A stretch of 46,841 nt of DNA from assembly GCA_041690595.1 (NCBI GenBank), contig JAWLHB010000004.1:248001-294841 (forward strand). The letters run 5' to 3'. Both the position numbers and the translations under genes were made by a program. The notes under the pieces are model-generated. The model saw nothing but the letters and a program-made list of their open reading frames with translations, had not been told where the DNA came from and did no database searches. Position 1 is the stretch's first letter. Each line of letters begins with the position of its first letter. Shown one piece after another: positions 15,826-26,534 of this stretch. The stretch is from Lentisphaeria bacterium (GTDB lineage Bacteria; Verrucomicrobiota; Lentisphaeria; JABSQK01; JAWLHB01).

Positions 15826-15952
15826 TCAGGAATTGCGCCTTTGGTTTGGACGGCTGTCATAACGAAACCGGCAACGCGGCCCGCACACCGACAGAAACCT
15901 GTAGACGGGCTGCGGCTACCGGCCACCTGCATGAGCTACCGAAATCGACCCG

Positions 15953-18061
15953 ATGAATACCGCCCAAGAGAAACTCGAATATAAAGAAGCCCCGGGCCGA
16001 CAGGTTCCGTTGGCAAATGTGCGCAATATCGGCATTATGGCGCATATTGACGCTGGCAAGACCACCACGACGGAGCGCATCCTGCTGTACACCGGCGTCA
16101 ACTACAAGGTTGGCGAAGTTCATGAGGGGACAGCCACCATGGACTGGATGATTCAGGAGCAGGAACGCGGCATCACCATCACCAGTGCGGCGACAACCTG
16201 CTTCTGGAAAGACCACCGCATCAACATCATTGACACCCCCGGCCACGTCGACTTCACGGCCGAGGTGGAGCGGTCCCTTCGTGTGCTCGACGGCGCGGTA
16301 GCGGTCTTCTGCGGTGTTGCCGGCGTTCAGCCGCAGTCGGAAACGGTCTGGCGGCAGGCGAAGAAGTATGGTGTACCGTCGCTGGTTTTCGTCAACAAGA
16401 TGGATCGTACCGGTGCCAACTTCCCGCGTGTGGTGCAGAATATCTCGGACAAGCTTGGGATCACGGCGGTGCCGATCCAGTTGCCGATGGGGTCTGAGAG
16501 CAACTTCCATGGGATGATCGATGTGATCTCTGGCGATGCCATGACCTTCACCGGCGAGCATGGGGCGGACATCACGCGTGAGCCGGCGCCTGCCGAGTAT
16601 GCCGATGAGATCAAGAAGGCCAAGGATTTCCTGATCGAATGTGTAGCGGAAAGCGACGAGCAGGTCATGGAGCTCTTCCTGATGGATCAGCGGCCTAATG
16701 ACGAGCAGTTGAAGCAGGCGATCCGTCGTTGCGTTCTGACGAGTGCGATTGTACCCGTGCTTTGCGGCACGGCGTTCAAGAACAAGGGTGTGCAGCCGCT
16801 GCTTGACGCCGTGATCGATTATCTTCCGTCGCCAGTGGACAAGTGGGACATCACCGGGACCAATATCGAAACGGACGAGAAGATGACCCGGCATGTGGGT
16901 GACTATCAACCGTTCTCGGCGCTGGTCTTCAAGGTGATGACCGATCCCTATGTGGGCAAGCTGGTTTACTTCCGCGTGTACTCCGGCAAGCTGGAGACTG
17001 GGCAGCAGGTCTATATCCCGCGTACTCGTGCCCGGGAGCGGATAGGCCGCCTGGTGCAGATGCACGCGAACCATCGAGAAGAGCGAGATGCCGTCTACAG
17101 TGGCGATATTGCGGCTACGGTGGCGTTGCGCAATGTGGCGACGGGCGATACGCTTTGCGACCTGGCCAACCCGATTGCCCTTGAGTCGATGACCTTCCCG
17201 GAGCCTGTTATTTCCATCGCGATCGAGCCGCGTACGCAGGCGGACCGCGACAAGCTCTACAATGCGTTGACGAATCTTTCGGAAGAAGATCCCACGTTCC
17301 AGGTGAAGACCGACACGGAGACCGGGCAGACGATCATCTCCGGCATGGGCGAGTTGCATCTGGAGATCATTCGGGACCGTTTGACCCGCGAGTTCAAGGT
17401 TGGCGCCAACTGCGGTGCTCCGGAAGTCGCTTATCGCGAGTGCATCAAGAAGATGGCACAGGCGGATACCAAGTTTGTTCGCCAGACAGGCGGTCGCGGT
17501 CAGTACGGCCACGTGATCCTGCAGATCGAGCCGCGTCCTGAAGGGCATGGCGTGACCGTAACCAACAAGGTTTCAGGCGGGAATATTCCCAAGGAATATA
17601 TCAAGCCTGTGGAACAGGGCATACGGGAAGCCGCGGCGACGGGCGTACTTGCCGGTCATCCCATCGTTGATATTCACATCGACATTCTCGATGGCTCCTA
17701 TCATACGGTCGACTCCTCTGAAATCGCCTTCAAGCTGGCTGGCTCGATGGCGTTCAAGGAAGCGGCGTTGAAATCTGGATTGCGGCTGATGGAGCCAATC
17801 ATGAGCATGGAGATCACGGCTCCCGAGGAACATCTTGGTGACGTGATCGGGGATATCTCCAGTCGGCGGGGCAGCGTCTTGGCAGTTGACACGCAGTCTT
17901 CGGAAGCCAAAGTACGTGCTCATGTGCCGCTGGCGGAACTCTTTGGATACACCACTGCGCTCCGGTCAGTTACCCGTGGTCGCGCGACTCATGCCATGGA
18001 GCCCGCGCACTTCCAGCCGGTACCGGAAGCGATCGAGAAGGCAATACTTGAAAAGCGTTAA
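15953..18061 (+). CDS. fusA: Elongation factor G
   Basis: [46 protein letters not shown]. Confidence 0.99.
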   Translation: MNTAQEKLEYKEAPGRQVPLANVRNIGIMAHIDAGKTTTTERILLYTGVNYKVGEVHEGTATMDWMIQEQERGITITSAATTCFWKDHRINIIDTPGHVDFTAEVERSLRVLDGAVAVFCGVAGVQPQSETVWRQAKKYGVPSLVFVNKMDRTGANFPRVVQNISDKLGITAVPIQLPMGSESNFHGMIDVISGDAMTFTGEHGADITREPAPAEYADEIKKAKDFLIECVAESDEQVMELFLMDQRPNDEQLKQAIRRCVLTSAIVPVLCGTAFKNKGVQPLLDAVIDYLPSPVDKWDITGTNIETDEKMTRHVGDYQPFSALVFKVMTDPYVGKLVYFRVYSGKLETGQQVYIPRTRARERIGRLVQMHANHREERDAVYSGDIAATVALRNVATGDTLCDLANPIALESMTFPEPVISIAIEPRTQADRDKLYNALTNLSEEDPTFQVKTDTETGQTIISGMGELHLEIIRDRLTREFKVGANCGAPEVAYRECIKKMAQADTKFVRQTGGRGQYGHVILQIEPRPEGHGVTVTNKVSGGNIPKEYIKPVEQGIREAAATGVLAGHPIVDIHIDILDGSYHTVDSSEIAFKLAGSMAFKEAALKSGLRLMEPIMSMEITAPEEHLGDVIGDISSRRGSVLAVDTQSSEAKVRAHVPLAELFGYTTALRSVTRGRATHAMEPAHFQPVPEAIEKAILEKR

Positions 18062-18077
18062 CCGCGCGAGGGCTCCT

Positions 18078-18386
18078 ATGATACAGCAGAAAATTCGCAT
18101 CCGCCTCCAAGCCTATGACCATCGGGTCCTGGACCAATCGGCAGAAGAGATTGTCAACACGGCCCGTCGTACGGGCGCCCAGGTAGCGGGTCCGATCCCG
18201 TTGCCGGTTCGGATCGAGCGTTTCACCGTGAATCGCTCGCCCTTCGTGGACAAGAAGTCGATGGAGGCATTTGAGATTCGCACTCACAAGCGTCTCGTGG
18301 ACATAATCAACCCGACCGCGAAGACCGTTGACGACCTGAAGAAGCTGAATCTTCCCGCGGGCGTTGACATCAGCATCAAGATTTAA
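18078..18386 (+). CDS. rpsJ: 30S ribosomal protein S10
   Basis: [33 protein letters not shown] at 18078. Confidence 0.98.
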   Translation: MIQQKIRIRLQAYDHRVLDQSAEEIVNTARRTGAQVAGPIPLPVRIERFTVNRSPFVDKKSMEAFEIRTHKRLVDIINPTAKTVDDLKKLNLPAGVDISIKI

Positions 18387-18407
18387 CCCCAAGTCGAGGC
18401 AGGAAAG

Positions 18408-19055
18408 ATGAAAGGACTACTGGGCAGAAAACTGGGGATGACCCGGGTCTTCGGCGAGGATGGTCAGATGGTGCCGGTGACGGTAGTAGAGGCAGGGCCC
18501 TGTACCGTACTGGATGTCCGGACGACGGAGCGCCATGGTTATTCGGCACTGCAGCTTGGCTTCGGCCAGCGCAAGATGAAGAACGTACTGAAGCCGATCC
18601 AAGGGCATATCACCAACGCCGGCATGACCGAGTTTGGTCCGGAATGGATTCGCGAAGTACGGCTCGATGCCGACAGCGAGGAAGAAGTTGGTAATGCGCT
18701 GATGGCGGATGTCTTCTCGCCGGGCGAATTCATTGACGTAATCGGGACGAGCAAAGGCAAGGGCTTCCAGGGCGTTGTCAGGCGCTACAAGTTTGGTGGC
18801 GGTCGTGCGACGCATGGTGGTGGCTGGCTGCGCAAGCCGGGTTCGATCGGCATGTGCGAGCATCCTGGCGAAGTCTACAAAGGTCGCAAAATGCCTGGGC
18901 AGATGGGCAACAAGCGCTGCACCCTCCAGAACCTGAAAGTGGTGCAGGTGCGCAAGGACGAAAACTTACTGCTCATCAAGGGTGGCATTCCTGGCGGCAA
19001 TGGCCGGTTTGTCATCATTCGGCAGGCGAAGAAGAAGGGAGCGGCAACCACATGA
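18408..19055 (+). CDS. rplC: 50S ribosomal protein L3
   Basis: GRKLGMT, SKGKGFQG, PGSIG, KMPGQMG. Confidence 0.98.
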   Translation: MKGLLGRKLGMTRVFGEDGQMVPVTVVEAGPCTVLDVRTTERHGYSALQLGFGQRKMKNVLKPIQGHITNAGMTEFGPEWIREVRLDADSEEEVGNALMADVFSPGEFIDVIGTSKGKGFQGVVRRYKFGGGRATHGGGWLRKPGSIGMCEHPGEVYKGRKMPGQMGNKRCTLQNLKVVQVRKDENLLLIKGGIPGGNGRFVIIRQAKKKGAATT

Positions 19056-19684
19056 GCACGACGATTTCCGTGATCAACGCGACCGGCAGCACGGTGCGCG
19101 AGATCGAGATTGACGAATCCTGGCTTGAGCGCGAGCGCGGTAAGCAGGCGGTACATGAAGCGGTGACGACGTATCTGTCGAACCGTCGTGCCGGGACTGC
19201 CGCGACGAAGACGCGCACGCATGTCAGCGGTGGTGGTGCGAAGCCGTGGCGGCAGAAGGGAACGGGTCGGGCGCGTGCTGGCTCGAATCGCAGTCCGATC
19301 TGGCGTGGTGGCGGTATCATCTTCGGACCGGTGCCGCGCAGCTATCGGCGCAAGTTGAACAAGAAGGTTCGTCAGCTGGCGTTGCGTCGCTCTTTCACCG
19401 ATTGTCTGGACAAGGGGCGGCTGAACGTCATCGATGGTCTGCAGCTGGACGGGCCGCGGACGAAGCTGCTTGGTGACCTGCTGAAGGGCAGCGGCGTCCA
19501 GGCGAAGAACCTGTTGATTGTGGTTGGGGATGAGAGCAACAAGGACCTGGTACAGGCAGCTCGCAACCTCGATCGGGTCACTTTCACCTCCGCATCCCGG
19601 TTGAACGTTTACCAGATCGTGCGTAACGACAAGGTGTTGATCACCGAGTCTGGGCTGCAGGAGCTGGGCAAGCGGCTTGCCTGA
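19052..19684 (+). CDS. rplD: 50S ribosomal protein L4
   Basis: GGGAKPWRQKGTGRARAGS; ATGA overlap with the rplC stop. Confidence 0.97.
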   Translation: MSTTISVINATGSTVREIEIDESWLERERGKQAVHEAVTTYLSNRRAGTAATKTRTHVSGGGAKPWRQKGTGRARAGSNRSPIWRGGGIIFGPVPRSYRRKLNKKVRQLALRRSFTDCLDKGRLNVIDGLQLDGPRTKLLGDLLKGSGVQAKNLLIVVGDESNKDLVQAARNLDRVTFTSASRLNVYQIVRNDKVLITESGLQELGKRLA

Positions 19685-19694
19685 AGGAGTTATC

Positions 19695-19973
19695 ATGAAC
19701 GATTATCAAGTCATCAAGACAGTATCCGTCACCGAGAAGACGGCGCATCTCAGCGAAGAGGGTAAGTACACCTTCGTTGTCGATCACCGGGCAGACAAGG
19801 GGCAGATCAAGCGCGCCGTTGAAGCGCTGTTCGAACGCAAGGTCGACAGCGTCAACGTTATGAATCGCATCGGAAAGAGCCGTCGCACACGCTATGGCGT
19901 GGGGAAGCGTTCAGACTGGAAGAAAGCGATCGTGACGTTGAAGGACGGCCAGGAACCGCTCCAACTGTTCTAA
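19695..19973 (+). CDS. rplW: 50S ribosomal protein L23
   Basis: [29 protein letters not shown]. Confidence 0.97.
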   Translation: MNDYQVIKTVSVTEKTAHLSEEGKYTFVVDHRADKGQIKRAVEALFERKVDSVNVMNRIGKSRRTRYGVGKRSDWKKAIVTLKDGQEPLQLF

Positions 19974-19989
19974 CCACGAGGTCACACTC

Positions 19990-20814
19990 ATGCCGAAAAG
20001 CTACAATCCGTATACCCCGTCGCGACGAAGCATGGCCGTGTCTGACTTCTCGGAGCTGGACAAGGTCGCCCCGGAAAAGACGCTGACCCAAGGGATTTCC
20101 AAGTCCGGCGGTCGTAATCATTCCGGTCACATCACGACACGCTTCCGTGGCGGTGGCCACAAGCGTCGCTATCGTCAGATCGATTTTTTGCGCAACAAGC
20201 ATGGCATTCCCGCCACGGTGGCGACGATCGAATATGATCCGAACCGCAGTGCGCGTATTGCGCTGTTGCATTATGCCGATGGCGAGAAGCGCTACATTCT
20301 TTGCCCCGCGGGCCTGGTGAAGGGGATGACCGTGATGAGCGGTCCTGACGCCGAAGCCAAGCCTGGCAATGCGTTGCCGCTTGGCAACATTCCTCCGGGC
20401 ATTGCCATCCACAACATCGAAATGCGTCCTGGAACTGGCGGTGCGCTCGTGCGCAGTGCCGGCCAGCAGGCGGTGATTCGCGCCAAGGAAGGGAAGTACG
20501 CGCAGTTGCGTCTGCCCAGTGGCGAGATTCGGCTGCTGAATCTGGAATGCATGGCGACGGTTGGCGCCGTCGGCAATGGCGATCACATGGCGCAGCAGCT
20601 TGGCAAGGCCGGCAAGTCTCGCTACAAGGGCCGTCGTCCGCATGTGCGCGGTGTTGCGATGAATCCAGTCGACCATCCGATGGGTGGTGGTGAAGGGCGT
20701 ACCAGCGGTGGCGGTCATCCCGTATCGCCGACTGGTCAGCTTGCGAAGGGCTTCCGCACGCGCAAAAAGAAGAAGCAGAGCAACAAGTTCATCGTTCAGC
20801 GGAGAAAGAAATAA
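19990..20814 (+). CDS. rplB: 50S ribosomal protein L2
   Basis: [30 protein letters not shown]. Confidence 0.99.
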   Translation: MPKSYNPYTPSRRSMAVSDFSELDKVAPEKTLTQGISKSGGRNHSGHITTRFRGGGHKRRYRQIDFLRNKHGIPATVATIEYDPNRSARIALLHYADGEKRYILCPAGLVKGMTVMSGPDAEAKPGNALPLGNIPPGIAIHNIEMRPGTGGALVRSAGQQAVIRAKEGKYAQLRLPSGEIRLLNLECMATVGAVGNGDHMAQQLGKAGKSRYKGRRPHVRGVAMNPVDHPMGGGEGRTSGGGHPVSPTGQLAKGFRTRKKKKQSNKFIVQRRKK

Positions 20815-21083
20815 TGGCTCGTTCCGTTAAAAAGGGTTTCTTCGTCGACGATCACCTGATGAAGAAGGTGGAGAAGATGCAATTGAGCGGCGAGAAGAAG
20901 CCGATCAAGACTTGGTCGCGTCGCTCCATGATTACGCCGGATTTCGTTGGCCATACGTTCATGGTCCATACGGGTCGGCAGTTCATTCAAGTCTTCGTGA
21001 CGGAAAACATGGTGGGCCATCGGCTGGGTGAATTTGCGTTGACGCGCAGCTTCCGCGGTCACGGCGCCGTCTCCGGCAAGTAA
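20814..21083 (+). CDS. rpsS: 30S ribosomal protein S19
   Basis: [21 protein letters not shown]. Confidence 0.98.
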   Translation: MARSVKKGFFVDDHLMKKVEKMQLSGEKKPIKTWSRRSMITPDFVGHTFMVHTGRQFIQVFVTENMVGHRLGEFALTRSFRGHGAVSGK

Positions 21084-21105
21084 TCGGCGATTACGGTCGC
21101 AGCGT

Positions 21106-21156
21106 AAAAAGCCCCCGGCGATGATGCTTTTGCATCGGCTGCCGATGGGGCTTTTT
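21106..21156. terminator. Bidirectional-type intrinsic terminator directly after rpsS
   Basis: AAAAAGCCCC...GATGC-TTTT-GCATC...GGGGCTTTTT; A5 before and T5 after the stem. Confidence 0.88.
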
Positions 21157-21212
21157 CGTTTTAAAATCGGGTCCTGTATTGATTGTGGAGGGAGCATCGC
21201 CTATTTTGCGGA

Positions 21213-22892
21213 ATGGAAGCAGGGCAGGCAACACATTGTCGGGTGATCCGGGAGCTTTGGGCGCCGATGCGGGATGGGGTGGGGTTGCCATCTTCGTTAT
21301 ATCTGCCACTGACGGAGGGGCCGTACCCGGTGGTGCTGATTCGCAGCGCCTACAATCGTGCGGGGATGTGTGACGAGTACTTCCCGCGCCACGGAATTGC
21401 GGTGGTGGTGCAGGATTGCCGCGGGCGGTACGAAGGGGAGGGGGAGTTCTACCCGTTTGTGCACGAAGCCGCTGATGGTGAGGATACGCTTGCCTGGATC
21501 GGCTCACAGTCCTGGTGCAACGGCCGGATCGGGATGTATGGCGATTCGTATCTTGCCGCGACGCAATTCGCGTTAGGGGCGACGGGCAGCCCGCTGCTGG
21601 CGGCGCTCAATCCCCGCTTCATGTCGGGTGACTGCTGGAGGCGCGCCTACTACTGCGATGGTGCATTCAGCCTTGGGCTTACTTGGAGTTGGCTTTGCTT
21701 CGAGTGTGCGTCCCGCGTCTCGCACGCTTCGGCCATGCGGCTCTTCGAGGTCGACAAGCTGTTGCGGACATTGCCCTTGCTCAGCCTGGACGAACGTTCT
21801 GGAGCTGGGGTTGTGCCGTCGTATCGCGACTATGTGCGCCGGAGCCGGTACGATGCCGGCTGGCATGCCTTGAACATCAGCCATACTTTCGGGCAGTACC
21901 GTGCACCTGTTCTGCTTACGGGTGGGTGGTACGACTACTATCCCGCGGAAACGATACGGATGTTTCACGGTCTGGTTTCGCAGGCGCCGAATGCGGAGTT
22001 GGCTGGCGCGCATCGCCTTATCATCGGGCCGTGGACGCATGGGGTGAATGGAGCTTCCGTGCTTGGCGAGGTGGATTTTGGTGAAGAAGCGCTGCGTGAG
22101 AACGACGCAACTCGGCGGTGGCTGCACGGTCTTCTGACGGGGGGCGTTGCGGCTGAGTTTCAGGCTCAACCGGTGCGTTATTTTACGATGGGGATCAACC
22201 GTTGGCGGGATGCGCGCTGTTGGCCGCCGCCAGGCGGCAGCATGGTCGATTTCCATCTTCGTGAGGGGGGACGGCTGAGCCGCGATGCCGCGGGCACGAC
22301 GGAGGGGTGCGACAGGTACGTTCATGATCCTGCCGACCCGGTACCGACAGTGGGGGGAAATCATTCCATTGGTCCTTACAATCCGGGTCTCTATGAGTTG
22401 GCCAAGCCGGGTCCCTACGACCAGGGCTGCATCCAGATGCGTCCGGATGTACTCACGTACAGAAGCGATGTGCTGCAGGAGGATACGGAGGTGACGGGGG
22501 AGGTGATGTTGGAGCTATTCGCGTCAACGTCGGCGTGCGATACGGACTTTGTCGCCAAGCTGATCGATCTTCATCCTGATGGCAGGGCAATGAACATCAC
22601 TGAAGGCATCATACGCGGACGTTTTCGTGAAGGCATCCACATTGCGCCGAAGCTGCTCGAACCCGGGCGGGTCTACGCCTTTACGATCGATCTGCAGGTG
22701 ACCAGTATGGTTTTCAAGGCGGGGCATCGCATCGGCCTGATCGTCTGCAGCAGCAATTTTCCACTATGGGACCGCAATCTGAATACGGGCGGTGATCCGG
22801 CAACGGAGACGCGCATGGTGAAGGCGGAGCAGGCGATCTGGCATTCAGCGGAACGTGGATCGAGGCTGCGGTTGCGGATCATGACGGGGTGA
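21213..22892 (+). CDS. CocE/NonD family hydrolase (alpha/beta fold, peptidase S15-like)
   Basis: MRDGVGL, QDCRGR, nucleophile motif GDSY, GWYD, IIGPWTH, C-terminal FKAGHRIGL; start uncertain (ATG 21213; frame open from 21183). Confidence 0.88.
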   Translation: MEAGQATHCRVIRELWAPMRDGVGLPSSLYLPLTEGPYPVVLIRSAYNRAGMCDEYFPRHGIAVVVQDCRGRYEGEGEFYPFVHEAADGEDTLAWIGSQSWCNGRIGMYGDSYLAATQFALGATGSPLLAALNPRFMSGDCWRRAYYCDGAFSLGLTWSWLCFECASRVSHASAMRLFEVDKLLRTLPLLSLDERSGAGVVPSYRDYVRRSRYDAGWHALNISHTFGQYRAPVLLTGGWYDYYPAETIRMFHGLVSQAPNAELAGAHRLIIGPWTHGVNGASVLGEVDFGEEALRENDATRRWLHGLLTGGVAAEFQAQPVRYFTMGINRWRDARCWPPPGGSMVDFHLREGGRLSRDAAGTTEGCDRYVHDPADPVPTVGGNHSIGPYNPGLYELAKPGPYDQGCIQMRPDVLTYRSDVLQEDTEVTGEVMLELFASTSACDTDFVAKLIDLHPDGRAMNITEGIIRGRFREGIHIAPKLLEPGRVYAFTIDLQVTSMVFKAGHRIGLIVCSSNFPLWDRNLNTGGDPATETRMVKAEQAIWHSAERGSRLRLRIMTG

Positions 22893-22895
22893 TGG

Positions 22896-24908
22896 TCATT
22901 GGCGTCGATAGTAGCGGCGGTACAGTTTATCCGCAAGTTTGTCGACGGAGAAACCTATACGGCGGAGCAAGAGATAGGTGGAGACAAAGCCAAGGACCTG
23001 CAGGGTGTAGCCGGCAAACCTTTGCTGCTGCCAGCGTCGCGTGGAGACGGAGATCGACTTGCCGATCTCGAGCCTGCGGGGGGCATCGGCGAGGCGCAGG
23101 GATAGTTCAATATCCTCCATGAGGCGCATTTCGGACATGCCCCCGGCTCTCTGCAGAACTTCGCGGCGAACGAAGATGCCCTGGTCCCCGAAGGCGATGC
23201 CGGCGAGGAGGAAGCGGAGGCGATTGCTCAACTCGACGAGGCGCAGTTTCCACGTGCGTTGGTCATAGATGTGGCCCATGATTCCCCACTCGGCGGCAGG
23301 ATGGCGGGTAAGGGAGACCGCCAGCTTGTGGAGGGCGTCCGGGGCCATGAGCGCGTCGGCGTGGAGCATGATGATGAGATCGCCGTTGCCGTGAGCAATG
23401 CCGGCGGCGAGCTGATTTCCGCGGCCTTTTGCGCAGCCTTGGATGATGGTGAGGAGATGGCCGCGGGCGATGGAGACGGTTTCGTCGGTGCTGCCGCCAT
23501 CCACCAGGATGGGGTGTGTCGGCCATGGCATGTGGGCGCGGGCGACGTCGAGGCTGGCAAGGAAGGCTGGGAGATTGTGAGCTTCGTTGAGCACGGGAAT
23601 GACGATGTCGACGGAGGAGGGTGGCGGATAGGTGGTGCGCCAGGGAAGCGCCGGGCGGCGCCATTCGAGCAGGCACGCAAAGAGGAGAGGCAGGTACATG
23701 GCCAGCCATATCCACTCCTGCTCCTGCCAGACTCCGGTGGCAGCATGTGCATGCTGGATCCAGAATTGAAAGCCGACGGTCATGGTGAGAACCATCCAGG
23801 GCCGGCTTGGCGAATGAGTCATGAGGAGGACGAGGGGCAGCAGGTACCAGGGGTGCACGGTCGGGAGACAGATGAGGAGCCAGCCCCAGGCGAGCATGAG
23901 GGCGCGGATCGGCGCATCCTGCTTGATGAGCCAGATGGTGAGGATGCCTGCCGCAAAGATGGCAGGCAGGAGCGTCCGATATGCGGCGTCATCGGCAAGG
24001 AGGCGAAGCAGTCGGGGCAGGAGGTCATGTGCATGCAGTTCGGATCCAAAGCGGAGAAGGTTATGGAAGGTGCCGGCGTCCAGCATCGGCAGAAAGAGGA
24101 GGGCGGGCGCCAGTACCAGCGGCAGCCAGCGCAGATTGCGCCGCGTCACCAGGAAGGGGACGAAGATCATGGAGAGGTACTTGGTCATGATTGCGGCGCC
24201 GAGGAAGAGGTAGCCTCTGCCTGCGTGGGCAGCGGCGAATGCCAGCAGGGCGAGAACCAGCCAGAGGTTGTGCAAGATGTCGAGATGCGCCTCTCCCACG
24301 CCGTAGAGCAGAACCAGAGGATTCCACGCATAGAGCGCCAGCCACCATGGAGGCCGTTTCCAGGTGCGCAACACGGGAACCAGTAGCAGCACCACGAGGA
24401 AGTCGGAGAGGAGCAGAGCGGTCTTGAAGAGGAGGATGGTGCCGCCGGGGGAGAGGCTGAGCCACTCGGCAACCGTGGCGAGCGCGCCGAAGATGGCAAG
24501 AGTGAGCGGCGGATAGATGGCGGCGAAATCGGGATGATTGATCCAGTCGAAGAGAATACCGTTGGCAGATGCGGCGAGGGCGGCCGGGGAATTCAGGTAG
24601 GGATTGATGCCGCTGCTGACGAGGCTGCCTTCCCAGATGTAACGGTAGATGTCGTCGTTGACGGGATAGGCGAGGAAAAGAAGGCGCCAGACAAGTGCGA
24701 GGCCGACGATGCACCAGGTACCCCGCCAGCGGGTTGTCTGCCGGGGCCAGAGATGGAAGAGCTGGATGTAAAGAAGCAGGTGGGCAGCCGCATAGAAGAG
24801 AAAGGTGGGCAGCGGCGCCACGGCCGGTTCGCTGAAGGCGAGAGCCGCCAGGCAGAGGGCAAAGGCGGCGAGTAGGGCGGTTGCCAGCCATGCGTGCGTC
24901 AGCCTCAT
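22896..24908 (-). CDS. Fusion of a membrane GT-C (GT87/DUF2029-like) domain and a C-terminal GT2 (TIGR04283-like) glycosyltransferase
   Basis: Multi-TM N-part with NDDIYRYIWEG..GINPY, INHP...YPP, WNPL, VHPWY; C-part IVIPVLNE, VDGGSTD, GRGNQ, LHAD, FGDQGIFVRR, LMED, STRRW. Confidence 0.82.
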   Translation of the reverse strand: MRLTHAWLATALLAAFALCLAALAFSEPAVAPLPTFLFYAAAHLLLYIQLFHLWPRQTTRWRGTWCIVGLALVWRLLFLAYPVNDDIYRYIWEGSLVSSGINPYLNSPAALAASANGILFDWINHPDFAAIYPPLTLAIFGALATVAEWLSLSPGGTILLFKTALLLSDFLVVLLLVPVLRTWKRPPWWLALYAWNPLVLLYGVGEAHLDILHNLWLVLALLAFAAAHAGRGYLFLGAAIMTKYLSMIFVPFLVTRRNLRWLPLVLAPALLFLPMLDAGTFHNLLRFGSELHAHDLLPRLLRLLADDAAYRTLLPAIFAAGILTIWLIKQDAPIRALMLAWGWLLICLPTVHPWYLLPLVLLMTHSPSRPWMVLTMTVGFQFWIQHAHAATGVWQEQEWIWLAMYLPLLFACLLEWRRPALPWRTTYPPPSSVDIVIPVLNEAHNLPAFLASLDVARAHMPWPTHPILVDGGSTDETVSIARGHLLTIIQGCAKGRGNQLAAGIAHGNGDLIIMLHADALMAPDALHKLAVSLTRHPAAEWGIMGHIYDQRTWKLRLVELSNRLRFLLAGIAFGDQGIFVRREVLQRAGGMSEMRLMEDIELSLRLADAPRRLEIGKSISVSTRRWQQQRFAGYTLQVLGFVSTYLLLRRIGFSVDKLADKLYRRYYRRQ

Positions 24909-24934
24909 GTGGGGAAACTCCAACTGCCAGTCAC

Positions 24935-24962
24935 TTGCAACCCTCCCGGGTGGGCGTATACT
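24935..24962 (+). promoter_or_regulatory. Putative sigma70 promoter of the HAD hydrolase gene
   Basis: TTGCAA (24935-24940), 16 nt, TATACT (24957-24962) in the divergent spacer. Confidence 0.65.
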
Positions 24963-24973
24963 TTCCTGTGGTC

Positions 24974-25720
24974 ATGACGACCGCGTTCATCAACACCATT
25001 AAGTCTGCACTGCCCATGCTCAATGTCAAAGCGATTACCTTCGATGCGGGGGGCACGCTGCTCTTTCCGCATCCTTCGGTGGGAGAGATCTATGCGGAAG
25101 TGATGATGCGTCACGGGGTGGTGGTGGCAGCTGAGCTTCTGGAAGCAGCCTTTCACGAGACGCTATCGTCCGCCATTCAGCGGCCGCGCGTCAGCAAGCC
25201 GGGGGAACACAGCGACCGGATATGGTGGCGGGAGGTTGTGCGTGAGACGCTGGCGGATCTGGGTGAGCCGGATGATTTTGACGCGATGTTCGACGATCTC
25301 TGGCAGGAGTTTGCGCATCCGAGCCGCTGGCGCCTGTGTGAAGGGGCGTTGGGTACGCTGGCTACGCTGCGGGCGCGTGGCTACCGCCTGGCGCTGCTCT
25401 CGAATTGGGATGATCGCCTGCGGGGGCTGGTGGCGGGGCTGAAGCTGGAGCCATTCTTCGAGCACCTGATCATCTCGTGCGAAGTGGGTTCGGAGAAGCC
25501 GGACGGCGGCATTTTCAGCGCGGCGCAGCGTGCTCTCGCGGTGGAGCCGGCGGACATTCTGCATGTGGGCGACAGCGTACATCACGATTTCGGCGGCGCG
25601 ACGACCATGGGCTGGGATTGCGTCATCGTTTCCGACTATGATGGTCATGAGCTACCCGCCGGACGTCACATTCGCTGCCTGACGGAGCTGCTCGATCTGC
25701 TGCCGGATCGGTGTGGCTGA
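24974..25720 (+). CDS. HAD-IA family hydrolase (REG-2/HDHD3-like)
   Basis: Motif I FDAGGTL, motif II LSNWD, EKPD, HVGDS..D; start at ATG 24974 or 25016. Confidence 0.88.
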   Translation: MTTAFINTIKSALPMLNVKAITFDAGGTLLFPHPSVGEIYAEVMMRHGVVVAAELLEAAFHETLSSAIQRPRVSKPGEHSDRIWWREVVRETLADLGEPDDFDAMFDDLWQEFAHPSRWRLCEGALGTLATLRARGYRLALLSNWDDRLRGLVAGLKLEPFFEHLIISCEVGSEKPDGGIFSAAQRALAVEPADILHVGDSVHHDFGGATTMGWDCVIVSDYDGHELPAGRHIRCLTELLDLLPDRCG

Positions 25721-25723
25721 GCT

Positions 25724-26530
25724 TCAGCTACCGGTGCTTTCATAGTGTTTGACCCCGCTCGTCCAGACAAGGGCGGCGATCCCGGCGGCGGCCAGGGCGA
25801 CAACAGGGGTGAGCAGAACGTAGAGCCGATACTGCTCTCCCGCCAGAAAATGGGTCGATGGGAAGAAGGCGACGAAAGCGAAGGGGACGATCCACATGAG
25901 GACAAACTGGATCAGGCGATTGTAGATCTCGACGGGGTACTTGCCGAAGGCGATCATGTTGAAGACTGGGGGCATGAATCCCATGCGGTCGGGCCACCAG
26001 AAACTGAGTGCGGCAAGCGTGATGAAGACGCCGCCGTAGATGACGGCCCCGCACAGGGCCAGGAGTGCGGCGAGAGCCAGCCTCGCGAGGCTCCATTCGA
26101 CGCCCAGTCGTTGTGAGGCGTGGCTGATGATGACGACACCGATGATCAGTCCGAAGAGGTCGTCGACATCGATCTTCTCCAAGAGCACCTGAAAGAGCGT
26201 GTTGAGCGGTCGGAGGAGGACGCGGTCGAACTCGCCCTCCACGATGTGCTGACTGGAAAAGGCATAGAGGTTGCTGCCGAAGCAGAAGAAGAGGTTGAGC
26301 GGGAAGATGGAGAAGCCGTAGATGAAGAGAACCTGGTATTTGTCCCAGCCGCTGAGGGAAACCGCATTGTCCACAAAGAGGACATTGATGAAGAGGAGGG
26401 AGACGCCATGAAACATGACGACGGTGGCGATGCCGAGGAGGAAGTCGGCCTTGTACTCCAGTCGGGTCTTGATGAACTGTGCCATGTAGGCGAGCATGAG
26501 TTCGGCATGCAGGAGGAATCGGTTGCGCAT
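25724..26530 (-). CDS. ABC-2 type transporter permease (DUF990-like)
   Basis: Hydrophobic; GEFDRVLLRP, KYPVEIY, C-terminal YESTGS; ATG at 26530. Confidence 0.88.
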   Translation of the reverse strand: MRNRFLLHAELMLAYMAQFIKTRLEYKADFLLGIATVVMFHGVSLLFINVLFVDNAVSLSGWDKYQVLFIYGFSIFPLNLFFCFGSNLYAFSSQHIVEGEFDRVLLRPLNTLFQVLLEKIDVDDLFGLIIGVVIISHASQRLGVEWSLARLALAALLALCGAVIYGGVFITLAALSFWWPDRMGFMPPVFNMIAFGKYPVEIYNRLIQFVLMWIVPFAFVAFFPSTHFLAGEQYRLYVLLTPVVALAAAGIAALVWTSGVKHYESTGS

Positions 26531-26534
26531 CTGG

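Noticed and set aside
22896..23620. Arsenosugar biosynthesis cluster
   Set aside because: Only the TIGR04283-like domain is present; no radical SAM enzyme, methyltransferase or partner transferase in the window
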